From Azolla caroliniana (lineage: Eukaryota > Plantae > Polypodiophyta), in NCBI GenBank assembly GCA_043228905.1, contig JBHGNT010000001.1, positions 22,010,001-22,074,000 of the forward strand: a DNA stretch of 64,000 nt, read 5' to 3'. The notes under the pieces were generated by a model. The model ran no database searches. It worked only from the letters and a program-made list of their open reading frames with translations, and was not told the DNA's origin. A program made the translations under genes and the position numbers. Position 1 is the first letter of the stretch. The number at the start of each line of letters is the position of its first letter. Positions 46,472-59,600 of the stretch are shown piece after piece.

Positions 46472-49110
46472 TGTCGTGCTGTTTCGGTCTCTCGTGGGAA
46501 ATAAGGTGGGACCGCGGGGGCCATGAACCAGGGAGCAAGAGAAAGAAGAGGAAGGGAGAAGCGCGCACGCGTAGGGCCGGTTAGGTCTGTTTACAACCGA
46601 CAGCGCTTGCCGGCTGAATGAACCACCAACATGTATACCGACTGAACAAGAAGCACGCTCGTGGAAAAAAAAAGGAGACTCACAGGAACACTGATAGACG
46701 AAAAATAGGAGATTCAATTACAATATCAGTAACGATTACAGTGTTTGCAAGATTACAACCGGCTAGCCGGTGATAGACCCTACCCAGACGATCACACACC
46801 TACGCACACACGCTGTGGAGCACACGGGCTTTCCTCAAAGCACAGGCAACCGACTCAGAAAACCTGCAGAGAATAACGATAGATAGAGGAGGAGAGAGCT
46901 CAGTTCCCAGTCCGACGGCACCTCGTCCTTGCCCAAAACGCGATATCTAGTTTGGTCTCCTCTCCTACCTTTTATAGGCCGTCGGAGAGAAGCCGTTGCA
47001 TCTTGGTCACATCACCCTTATTCCCTATCCCTTCAGACAGGGATACGCATTGATTTCCTAGCTAATGAACGTGTACTACCTAGTATATTTATATCAGCCA
47101 AACTATTCCTAGTTATGTACAAGGTGTTGGTTGGTTTGCACACGCGTAAGGGCCAGTTCCTATCCCCCTTTCCCCGATTACGCCTAAGGCCGGTTTTCTT
47201 CACAACATCCACCCCCACCAAACCGCGCATCCACCGGCATGCGCCAAAGAGGGACAAATGTTGGAGAAAACCAGCTCGCGTTAACTCGTTGCTCTCCGAA
47301 ACTTCATCCGCTCCGAACCGGTTGCCATCGTCGTCCTCGCTTCCCAGGTCCAACTCGTCTTCATGCCACTTCTTGAAGGCTTTGACCCTCTTCCCAGTTA
47401 CCGGTACCACTATCCGCGTCCCGTTGAGCTCTGCAAAGTGGTAAGTACCATTGTCGTTTGCACTCGTTACGGTGTAGGGCCCGGACCACCTCCTCGCAAA
47501 GTTTCGCATCGCGTTGTGCTGATTGTCGAGGCTATTGTCGTAAACCAGCACCCAGTCGCCTTCCTCGATCTTCTTTGGCCATAGTCAGTGTGTTCGGTCG
47601 AACTGGCCCTTGTTCCTCGCCCATGCCACATTCAGCTTCGCCTTCGCCCGTTCCATGTCCCCCGGTCTTCGCTCGAGTTGCCGAATCCACGCTGCCAACA
47701 ACTCCTCCCGGCTCATCTCGTCCTTCGAGTCTACCGCGGCCCAGGAAGGAATCATCTGCTCCACCAACATGATCGGCTTCTGCCCGTACATCAGCTCCGT
47801 TGGCATGAACCTGGTCACCGAACTGTGCGTAGTTCGGTCCACCCATAGTGCGTAAGGTAGGAGCCACGGCCAACTCCCAACTTGACCTTCACATGCGCAT
47901 ACTAATGCCTTCACGATCGGCCCGTGCCCGCGCTCTACCTTCCCGTTACTCTCTAGGTTGTATGCCGTAGTGAGGGAGAGCTTAACCCCTAACCGGTCCA
48001 ACAACTTTTCAGCTTCCTGCGCATCCAACTCCCCTCGGTCAGCTACTATCTTCCCTATGCACCCGTACCAGCATACCACCTCTTCAATCAGGAACCGACA
48101 TACGGTCGTGATCTTCTTGTTCAGTAGGGTGCAACCCTCCACCTGATTCGTCAAGTCCTCCTGCGCAAGCACCAGGTACCGCATCTGCCCTACGCCCATT
48201 GGCATTGTTACTAAGCCTACCATCCACTTGAAATGAATGGTCGGCAGGTAGGTTGGGTGCAGCTCATCTCGATGTCGGAGCGCGGAGTGCATCTGACAAG
48301 TTTCGCATGTTGTTACGAATCGGTGCACGACTCGGTACAACCCCGGCCACTAATACTTCTACTTCAGCTTCTCGAACATGCCCCATGTCTTGTGATGTAC
48401 GGCCCAGGGACTCTCATGGTACGCCGCTAGCAACCCCTCTCGCTCCGCCTTTCCTGCCACTACGCGGAGTGGGACGCCGCCTCGCTTCTTCGGGTGCCTC
48501 CATATGCTCCCATCTCGCAGGAGGAAACAGTACGCCTTCTTTCGTATCCGGCTAGTCTCTTCCCTTGTCCATGCCGCGTCCGGCGCCATTGTTTTTAGGA
48601 ACCTGCCAATCTGGAGCCACTCCCTGTCGTACTCCCCCTCGTTGAAGTCGTTAAGCGCCAAAGTGCACCCCCCCCTTGTCGGCACGTAAGCCGACTCGAA
48701 GAAGTCTTCGCCGACTTCTTCGTCCTATGAAACCATGTCGTCCACCTGATCATTGCCAGGTTCGGCATCGTGCATCCATAAACCACTCCAAGGATCAAAA
48801 GGAAGTTCGTCTCGATTATCACCTCCGTCCCGATCAAGTAGTTTATATCGACCTTGATTGTCGAAACGATACCCTAGAGTTTGCGTTTGACTTGGGCGTA
48901 TCCTCGTTGCTCACTCAGCACCTTCGCTCCGCACCGGATCGGGAACCTCGTGCCACTCTCGTCCTCTTGATTGATCACCCATCCGATCCCGGTCAGGCTC
49001 GTGTCTACCATAATGTAGATTGGGATGTCCTTGCCGTAAACTGCTTTCCGGAGTGCTAGTGTTGCGGTTAGCGCCTCCTTCAACCTACGAACCGACTCCG
49101 CATGCTCTTC
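46472..49110 (-). mobile_element. Non-chromovirus gypsy element D: RNase H, INT, PPT, 3' LTR
   Basis: LTR 46472-47207, PPT GGTGGGGGTGGA, CETCQ, IVADRGE, NGKVERGH, WSGPY, MVDTS. Confidence 0.85.
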
Positions 49111-50553
49111 TTTACTTGCCGCGATTGCCTTCCTTCCCTTCCGGTCCGTCCCCCTCTGGTCTTTACCATTCCGGTCTAGTGTCCACTTCGAATCGGTACC
49201 ATCGGTTTCCTTGTCTTTTCGGAAGTGCCAACAGTTCTTCTGGAAGTGTCCCGTCTTGCCACAATAGAAGCAAGTAGGCCTTCCCCTTGACTTTGACCGT
49301 GTCCCCAACTTCTCCCAGTTGTGGGGACTACGGTTCCTTTGTCTTCCGCATTTCGATTCGGTAATGAGCTCTTTGGAGTCGGAGTTCGTATCCTTGTCTT
49401 TCCGACGCGCCTCCTTATCTAGCAAGCTCGACTTCACTCTTGCTAGGGATGACCGTTTTCCTTCTGGCCCGGCGTTGCCCAAAGTGACAACCAACGTCTC
49501 CCAGCTGTCTGGAAGGGAACCGAGCAGGAGTAGTGCTAGTACCTCATCGGCAAGAGGTACTTCCAATGATGTTTCCTGGTGGATCAGCCCCTAGAAAGCA
49601 TTCATGTGCTCCGCCATGCTGGAGCCATCTTGGTACCAGAGTCTTACTAGCTTCCAAAATACTGAAACCTGATTAACAACATTTTTGTTCTGAAACATAA
49701 TGTCGATCTTCTCCCAGAGCTCATGAGCCTTGCTCTCTTCATTGAAGTTGTTGTATAGACTCATGTCGATGAAGCACCGTATGTACGCCATTGTCTTCAT
49801 GTCCATCACCTCCCATATCGTGGCATCGATTTTGTCCGGTCTCTTGTCCCCGAACTGAACCAGCACCCAAAGATCTTTAACCACGAGCATGTCCCTCATC
49901 TTCGACTTCCACACTCAGTAATTGGAGCCGGTGAGCTTGAACATGCCTCCCAACGAATCGTCCATTTTTCTGTGTCGTTTCGCTCTGATACCAATTTGAT
50001 AGGAATACGGTTTCCTAAGCTATGCTCGGCCACAACCGAGACGTCGGATCAATCACAGAAAACAGGGAAGTGGTGAGATGTATCTACACACGAAACAATA
50101 AAGAAGAGAGTGCACTGGATGTTAACGTGGAAAACCCAAATCTGGGGAAAAACCACGGCAGCCCTCAGACTGCAAAATATCACTATATCAAGATTCCAAC
50201 AATGGGGCACAGAGGCAACGACCTCTTGCTCCCTCGCTTCGCCACCAGGCGGTTACAACAGAGGCAACAACATCTTCCTCTCTCTCTTACGCACTGTACA
50301 GAAGTTACACCAATAACTCTATCATCATAACTATTAAGTTTGCCCTAGGTCATATTTATACTAATATGACTTTTGGGCTATTTACAAATATAGCCCCAAT
50401 GGGCTCTCTGGAATATATTTACACATATGTCCCTTCCATCCGCGGAGAGGTTCTCACCGGGTCTGCAACATCTGGTTCTCACCGGTTCTTCCTTGCCGGG
50501 TACTCCACATCCGGTTCTCACACTTCCCATCTCGAGGGACCTGTTTCCTAACA
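49111..50553 (-). mobile_element. Tork-like copia copy 2: 5' LTR, PBS and gag only
   Basis: LTR 49997-50553 resembles 5758-6359; PBS 49982-49993; LPDSWETLV, CFYCGKTGHFQKNC. Confidence 0.88.
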
Positions 50554-51905
50554 AGGAGATGAACAAAGACGAGCGGAAATGATTAGCAGTATAAAGTTGG
50601 CACTTTTGCCTACTGCAGGACACACTGTACCATGAAGGCACGAATGGCATATAGCGGCGCGCGGTGCGCAGCGACGAAAAAGACCAAATACTATGTGAAG
50701 CACACTGCGGCGTTGCCAAAGGGCATTATGTTGGGGTCGCTACGGCAAGGAAAATATGGCAGAGTGGCCTATGGTGGCCGACAACATTAAAAGATGCCAT
50801 TCTGAATGCTAAAGAATGCGATTTATGTCAGCGGATGGGCCAACCAACGGAACAGGCAACAATGCCTCACCTGCCAGTGCTACCATTGGAATCATTTCAG
50901 AAATGGAGGTTGGACCTCATCGGCCCATTTAAACCACCAGCAATGAGAACCGGCAACCAATATGTGATTGTCGCTACGGACTACTGCACCAAGTGGGTGG
51001 AGGCCAAAGGACTACGTGACAACACCGCAACATCCACGACAAAGTTTTTATATGAATATATCTGGTGCCGGTATGAATGTTTGATCGAGCTAATTAGCGA
51101 CCAAGGTGGGCATTTCCTAGGACAAGTGGTGGAGAGCTTGATGACATTCTATGCGGTGGTGCACAAGCGAAGCACTCCGTATTATCCGCAAGCCAACGGA
51201 TTAACCGAATCCACAAATAAGACGCTACAAAACATCCTGCGGAAAATCGTCAATGAGAACCGGACGGATTAGGATACAAAGCTGCACAGTGCACTCTGGG
51301 CCTACCGGACAACATATAAGACAAGTATCCGGACAACTCCTTTCCGATTAGCATTCGGATTGGAAGCGGTAATGTCGATCGAATTCCAGGTTCCCAGTTT
51401 GTGGTTACAGGTTCGGGAACGCCTAAACGAGGAGCCGGAAACAATCCGGCTAGCAGCACTATGCGAACTAGAGGAACATCGGATAGCCAACCTGATGCAC
51501 ATGGAATTGGAGCAACGGAGAAGGAAAGCGTTCGTTGATCGACACCGGAATGGTAACGAAAAAATGTTCAAGATCGGCAAGCCGGTACTTGTATTCCAGA
51601 CCCGGATGGGTAAGATGCCGGGGAAGCTACGGTTTCGGTGGACCAGACCATATTGGATTACACGAGAGTTCAACGGTTCCTACCAACTAGGGACACTCGC
51701 CGGAGAAGTTATGGGTCAATGGGTCAATGGGTTTCGACTCAAACCATACTATGGACCCATGCCAAGAAACCCGTTTGAACAAACAAAGGCTGACACCGAA
51801 CCGGACACCGGTAAGCACGACGAGACGATAACCGGTCAAGCAATCGGCAAGCACGAAACTGGTGAAAGGGACCACAATCCGGAGAAGGGTCCAGATACGG
51901 ATTAA
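50554..51905 (+). pseudogene. pol: Integrase of non-chromovirus gypsy element E
   Basis: EAHCG..GH, CDLCQR, KWRLDLIGP, ISDQGGHF, YPQANG, VNGFRLKPY. Confidence 0.9.
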
Positions 51906-52159
51906 CAAGATCAAATTTTAAAATAAAAGAAAAAAAGAAAAAAGAAAGAAAGAAAGAAAATCAAATCAGATCAAATCAAACCCAAATCATGCGATAGCAA
52001 GGAGCGAACGACCACATGCCATGACAAGGGAGGAGTGAACGGGCAATTTGAGAAGCCACGTAGTGGGCTATTTATATCGCATTAAAACTCCGCCATGTGG
52101 CACTTCATTGCTATTATAGTACACGAAGTGCGCATGCACAGGAATCGAGAAAGGCGCCA

Positions 52160-55075
52160 ACATGCAGGAAGAAAACCTCCACCGCATGGAGGCCTTCTCA
52201 ATTCGCGAACAGAGAATTGCAAATGCACACAAGCGATTACAACACCCACCGACTCAGAAGGAGAAATGGACTACATGCCGCTCTCTGAGGCAACCAAGAA
52301 GTGGTTGAAACAACACGGAGGCACCACCACACAGAGAGGCGGAAAAGGTTGTCAAAGACATCGACACAGATGTAATCACAGAGGAGGCGATCCGTGCCCT
52401 GACGGGCCTACCCGAAGGCGGCATCTTCACCATCGACAACCCTACCCCGAAGTAGCTCACGAAATACTTCGGTGAGTACTCTCTGGCCAGCAAGGCATAT
52501 CGCACACAGGGCAGCGAGGATGGCTTATTCCGAGAGATTGCTCGTGTACTCCATGAGTTTGGCCATGTGCCTAAACCCTAAACCCTCAACCCTCGGCAAT
52601 GCCTAGGAACAAAGCCGGTTTAATTATAGCCACATATGAGGGTATACAGGTGGACTGGTCGGTGTTGATCGCCGACGGACTGCATGCGGCCATCGACTCG
52701 GTAAGAGGGAAGTATGGCAGAAAAATATGGATGGCGGTGGCGCAATGGATCACACTGTTAGCACCACCAGTGGAGCCCATCACGGCGAAGAAGCGGGGGA
52801 GATCAACCGAAGGAACCCCCAAAACGGATTCAAAACGGTAGCAGTTATTGGCTACTAAGGCAACCAAAGGGAAGGAGGCTGACACTTAAAAAACGGCGAA
52901 AGAGCGGCCTAACCAGGCGGAGACGCAGGAGGAAACACCGGCACGGCCAATAAAGATTACATTGCGCTGACCAAGTCAACAGGAGCCAGATCCCTTGGCA
53001 ATGAAAATCAATCTTGGGACTCAGGAGGAGGAAACGGAGGAGGAGCCTAGCAAGCACCTCCTGCGGCGCTAGAAGAAGAGCAATGCAGATCATGCACTGA
53101 GGGCCTAGAGCCAAGGGTGGAATCGGAACCGGTTCGAACAGAACCGGTCACAGAATTCCCTGCGTATCAGGCTACGACGGCGGGTCAGGACATAACAAGA
53201 CCCGTGATTCAGGAGCCGGTGATTCAGTTGTCTACACCACCAGCACACTAGGACCAACCAAAGCCGGAACGGCCAACTGAGGCACAACCAGAGCCGAAAC
53301 TGCCAAGTGGTAACCAACCGGAGCCAGAGTTGCCAATCGACGTAACCAAACAAGATCAGCCACTTGCAAGCGCAGAAATCGGCCAACCCTCCGCGCGGAC
53401 ATAGCAACAAGGCATCGACAGCCAAAGGCTGCAGTGGATCGGTGAGCAAATAGCCGGAGTGGTCCATTATATGGAGGCCGAAGAGAAAGCACAATTGGAC
53501 CGGTTGCTAGCCACAACCGGAGAACTAGAGAAGGCCCGATCAAGCATCCGGAGCTTGGAACAAGAATTGGAAATAGCCATGGAAGAATTGGCTAAGATGG
53601 TCATAACAGGACCCCTAGGAACAAGAACCGGTGGCTCCGGTACATGTACAAAATAATGAAACACCGACAACTGGACATAATAATACGACCCCAGTGACAG
53701 AAATAATTCCGGATACAATTACAGCGCAAGCACAAGAGCTTTCCATTCTCAAAGAAGACATGGCCACATAGGAAGCATTACGGGCCAGGGAAAGAGAATT
53801 AGAAATGGCGGCGGAGGAGGAACAACGGAAGACTGCCAACAACCTCCGCCAAGCAGAAGAAAGCCTATGGAAGGGACACCAAGCCTATGACCGGCTTAAG
53901 GAAGAGAGAAAAATTGTTGCAAGAGAAGGATAAACTCCGAAGGATGGCGGAAACAAAGATAGAGAGGCTCAAAGAAGAGCTTCGGTAGCAAAAGGATAGG
54001 GAAGACCGAGCTCACCGCCAAATCAATCAGAAGCTGAAGCAGAAAACAGACGATTTTGACCGCCTGCACCAAGATTATAAACATGTCGAGACGGAATACA
54101 AGAAGCTCATCACCGACAGCGACCGGCAACAGGAGAAGATATTCGAGCTCCGGAACGAACTACAATGAGAGGAGATGGCACTAGCAGAAGAATAGGCTGA
54201 GAAGGCAAACATACGAGTTGAAGTGGTGCAGGAATGCATGGAACTCCAGATGCAACATCATGCGGAAACGGAACGCGCCACCATGGCCTTACAAAGAGTG
54301 CAGACAACCAATCAGAATCAATTGTTGCGCTACAAGGACCAGGAGGTGGTAACTGCCAACCTGATCAAACAGTTGAAAGATGAACGGCAGGCCACAGAAG
54401 ACAAATCAAAGATGGGCCTGGAGCATTGTACAAGCATGGAAGAATCAAACAAAGCGCTTGATTGAAGACAGCTCAATATTATGGTGGTCGAAATGGGCGA
54501 AGCATGCTGCCGAGCTACATTTGTTGAGGGTGGACGCAGAAAACCGGCAAAGGGAAGGAGATGAGTTCTATAAGCTGGAAAAGGAAGACTTTGCTACCGT
54601 GAAAGATGAATTGGCAAATGACTTCGTAGTGTTGGCTGATGAATAGATAGCAGTGGTCTGGCAACTAGTGGCACAACTGGACGATGATCGGCTGGATAAC
54701 CAAATCCGGTTTGAAAGTTATGGAAAGGAGAGGCTACTGCAAGAGGCGATGAAGAGCGTGGCAACAATCAATCTCAGTGATGAAGAGCCAGCGTCAAAGC
54801 AAAGGACGGACAGAGGCAAGGCTTGAACAAGCCAACCGGATTTAACTCAGGAGGAGCAGCCAAGGGAGGAATATCCGCAACAACCGTCGGCACCGAGAGC
54901 CAGACAGCAGCTATCGGAGGAGCAACGCCCAGAAGAGATGGAGATCGCACAGAAGCAGGAGCAACAGCAACAGTCAACGGAGCAGCAGCCGGAGAAACGA
55001 ACTTACTCAGGCACGAACTGGTAATGCACTTCGATGTGTTTCACCCGAGCATGAGAGACAAGATTCTTCGCGAAC
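52160..55075 (+). pseudogene. Element E accessory ORF (plant-transposon-type domain plus long coiled coil), decayed
   Basis: ITEEAIRALTGLPEGG, VDWSVLI; E/Q/K-rich heptad fragments at 53450-54750. Confidence 0.6.
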
Positions 55076-56651
55076 TAGATACTGCTAAGGTTGACACAGT
55101 AGATCACTCTACTCGTAGATCCTTCAATAGCCTTTGAAGCCAAATGGCTTCGCACTTAGGGACAACCACTCCTCTATACTCAGCCTCGATGCTCGACAAT
55201 GCTACTGTTGGTTGCTTCTTGTTACACCATATGATTGCTGCACTCCCCAAAGAGAAGGCATAGCCTGATGTTGATCAACGATCACATGCACTTCCGGTCC
55301 AATCAACGTCTGTATAGCCAACTAGTTGTTTGGCTACACTTGCCCTATATTGTAACTCTGGATCCTTCATGCCACTCACATAAAGCAATATCTGATGTGT
55401 GCATTGAAGGTGATCAGATGTTTTCTGCAACATGAATTGAATGATCCAGCCATCTGGATAGTTGAGGTCCAACCATGTAATCAGCATGTAGATGAAGCTT
55501 CTGACAATCTGTCGGAACCGTGTCACGTCAAAAGCCATCTCAGATCCGCGATGAAGTTTGATATTCCTATCAAGAGGAGTTGAGACGGATTAACAATCCT
55601 TCATGCCGAACTTGAAGAGCATATTCAACACATAGTCTCATTGGCTGATCAATATGCCTTCCAAGGTGCAAATCACTTCAATCCCGAGGAAGTAGTGAAG
55701 GTCCCCCAAGTACTTCATCTCAAAGTATGCTCCCAGCTAAGACTTGATGCAGCCGATTTCCTCTAGGTCGGTGCCGGCAATGAACAAATCATCTACCTAA
55801 AGAAATATGCTAACCGATGCCTGATGAACAACAAAGAATCTGACTTCAACGGCTTAAACCCCATCTGACCTTGATGCCATCTCTACATGATCTTTGCATT
55901 CCAGGCATGGGGGGTTTGTTTCACTTCGTAGAGGGACTTCTTCAGCGAGTAGACTATCGACTTGTTCAATTCAGATTGGAATCTGGGAGTCGGCACCATG
56001 TACACCTCTCGTATTCAACACATAATATCGTTGGCTGATCAATATGCCATACAGGGTGCAGATCACTTTGATCCTGAGGAACTAGTGAGGGTCGCCCAAG
56101 TCCTCCACGACCACAGGGCTAATCCACCTCCGTGTACAACATGTTGCTCTCGGCATGCATGCTCGTCGATGCACTCATGTGATTCTCTTCTACGAGAAGC
56201 ATGGACTACAACTCGAAGAAGGACAGTGTATTCTATCTTGTGGAGACAACACTCCAAGGTAACCCTCCAAGACAGATATGCACCATCTCATCCTCTTCCA
56301 CCGTCACATTGATGGAACCAAGCGAGTTGCATATCTCCTTGATCTCAAAGGTGTAATCGGCCACTGACATGTCCCTTTGTTCGATGGGTTCAACTCCTGT
56401 CTGAGCTACAACTTTCTAACCATTGTGCTTGCTACGAAAATCCCTTTTAGATTCGCCCAAGCATCCTTTGGCGTCTTGGCATCTTGGATATAGCCAAGTT
56501 GTTGGTCGCTCACACAAGATGCAACGCAGTACAACACTCTGCTTGATGCCTATTCCCAGGTCGAAAAATCTCTATATGTCAACTCTGGTGCTGCATCGTT
56601 AGCTCCTTAGACATAGCTCCAATACTTGTGTCTGGGGTGGTACTGGTGCAT
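55076..56651 (-). pseudogene. Scrambled copia B RT/RNase H/gag fragments (host of B3)
   Basis: YTDVDW, ITWLDL, gag-like YCVASCV. Confidence 0.75.
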
Positions 56652-59600
56652 TGTGAAAACATTCGTGTGTGGAAGAATGTACGATGGACACCGAGTACAC
56701 AGTTCATTGTTCTAAACTTGACAATTAGGTAAACAAAGAGAATAGAGACACAGTGAGAGAGAGAGAGAGAGAGAGAGCAGACAACAACTATTAAATTTGA
56801 AATAATGAACACTTTGTACATACACCGTGCTCAATGAGCACTTTTTATACAAGCCCTGACAATTGGGTTGACACTAATTTTGCTCATAAATGAGCCTAAC
56901 TCTAATTTTTCAATTAATGTTCCTATTTCCTACAATAGGAATATAGGCCCCTGGCGGCCTTTTTGGATTTCATCTGACTCGGTACACCTGAATCGAACTC
57001 TATTCGATTCGGCTCTTGGCTCTCGGCTTCTTCAACCGATTCGGCCCATGTTGAGCTTGCCTCCCAACATGTATCTTATACAACCAAGATGCGTAGTTTC
57101 TCCTATCGAGCTTTTCCATTGGAAGCGAGCTATGCATTCTTGAGTCCATGTTCATGTGTATTTTTTCCGGAGTGTTAACCTGCCGACAGCCGACTGTTGT
57201 AGCCGATACACACAATAGGTCGAACGTTCTTCAGCTGACTCAACCCATGTTGAGCTTTCCTCTCAACACCCCCCCTCTAGCTCAACTTGAGGTCCCTCTG
57301 TGTCAGCTCTAGCCGGTTCGTCATTCCAGCCTCTCCTAACGTCCCAACGGCTGGCTCGCGCTCCTCGTCCAGTCCAGTCCTGCATCTCACGACCCCTTCG
57401 GTCTGGCGCTCCTCGACCCATTTGGTTCCGCGCACCTCAACCCCTACGGTCAACTTGTCTACTACTCTAGCCCTTCTTAGCTCCCTCGTTGTCATGGTAT
57501 TGGTGCTCCTCGACCTGTTGGCTCCTTCGTCTCGATGTCATCTTCAGCTCCCTTCGTGTCTACTTGGCCTTCATGAGATTTGGCTCTTTCAAATCACGTT
57601 CCTCAATCAAATTGGTTGTTTCCGATTCATTCCGTCTCTTGTTTGAATTGGTTGTCTCAAATTCGTCCTCCTTCACGCCCTTGATTACATCTGCCCATGA
57701 CTTGGTCTTGTCCTTCTCTTGTTCGGCTCTGTCCTGTTTTACTCTACCGCCTCTCTCGGCTCTACCTCCCCTTGGTTCGTTTGGCTCTTTCTTCGTCTCT
57801 CTTTTTTGTCTGCTCTCCCTACATCTAGCTAATCTTAGCTTCGCCGATCTTCTTCCACCTGTCCATGCATCCTCGCTTCTCCATCCGATCCGGAAGTTCT
57901 GACTTCTTCCGTCGTGCCCAAATAGAGTTCATCCGATTCGACTTTTCAAACTTCATATCTCTCCTTTCCAGCTTCACTCCTCCCCCTCAAGTTTAGCATG
58001 TCAAGATGTTGTAAGCCAAGCATACTTAGAAATTGGCCCAACTTGTCCAGGCCAAGAGGTTTGGTGAAAATATCGGCAACCTGCCGATCAGTTGGAACAT
58101 ACAGAAGTTCGATTTCACCAGAGAGGACTCGCTCACGGACGAAATGATAGTGCAGCTCTATGTGCTTGGTTCAGGCATGGAAGACACGGTTCTTCTCAAG
58201 TTGGATATTGTTGAGGTTGTCACAGTATAACACTGTCAATTCCAACACCTCCACTTGCACATCCTTCGATAGCCTTTTGAGTCAGATCTCTTCGCATGTA
58301 GCTATAGACGCCCCTCGATACTCGGCCTCAATACTCAACAATACCACTATCAGCTGCTTTTTACTGCTATAGATGATCACAACGCTTCCCAATGAACACG
58401 CGAATCTAGATATTGACCTGCGATCGTCGGAATTTCCGATCCAATCGGCATCCGTGTAGCTGACTAACTCTTCGACTACTCCTACCCGATACGACAATGT
58501 CGTATCCTTAGCGCCAATGGCATATTGCAATATCCTTTCCGCTGTCGTGTGGCGCGTGACACACGTGCCAAACGTCTGGATGTGCGCGTCACAAGCGCGG
58601 ACAAGTGTCGAGCCTTTATCCGCTAGTGGTTATGGAGGATTGATGATGGGCAGCTGAAGTGATGCACTAATGTCGTTAGAGAGAGAGAGAGAGAGAAACA
58701 AAAATTGAGGAAGTTTTTAAGATAGATAGATAGATAGATACACATCACCAATAAGATAACTAAGTTTTCTTATTATTAATTTTCGATTTGATACGTAGGC
58801 CGTTCCCGAATGTTGGCAAAGCTTCACGTTTCTGTACAAAGGGGTTTTGATGGACTTCCAATCCTTCATCAAGAACTTGAAGAGCATATAGAACACATAA
58901 TGACATTGGCTGATCAATATGCCTTCAGGGGTCCGGATCACTTCAATCCCGAGGAAGAATGAAGAACCCCTAGATCCTTCATTTTGAAAGATACTGAAAG
59001 TTGAGACTTTACTCGGCCGAATTCTCTGAGGTCAGCTCTAGTGATGACTAAATCATCAACATATAGCAGAATGCTAATTGGTATGGTCTGACTCTACCAA
59101 ATCAACAGTCGTTGGGCGATCTTCGTGTTCCAGGCATGTGGGGCTTGCATAAGTCCATACAACAACTTCTTCAATTGGCAAACTACCGAGGTGTTTCGTT
59201 CGGATAGAAATCCGGGGGATTGTACCATGTACACTTGTTCCTCAAGATGGACTTCCAAGAACATGTTCTTTACATCCATCGGATGTAAGTGCCATCCAAT
59301 AATGCTCGCATCTCTTCCTCCATGGCTTTCCTCCAATTGGCGTATTTCGCCGTTTCTACATAGCTTCCGGCTCACGCATTTATGCCACCTTCGCCATATA
59401 CGTATAATGATGTACCATATACTCATTGTACTCGTACCAAACTACAAGATTCTTTTGTCAGCTGGATCAACGCAACTTCTGGTTCATAGATTTCGTGGCC
59501 CGCTCGGCCAACATTGACGTTGTTTTTGGAGGTTCGTCTCTGCTCCTAGCCACATCGAATTTGCTTCAATCCGATGTATTGGCCTCACTAGCGTATTCCA

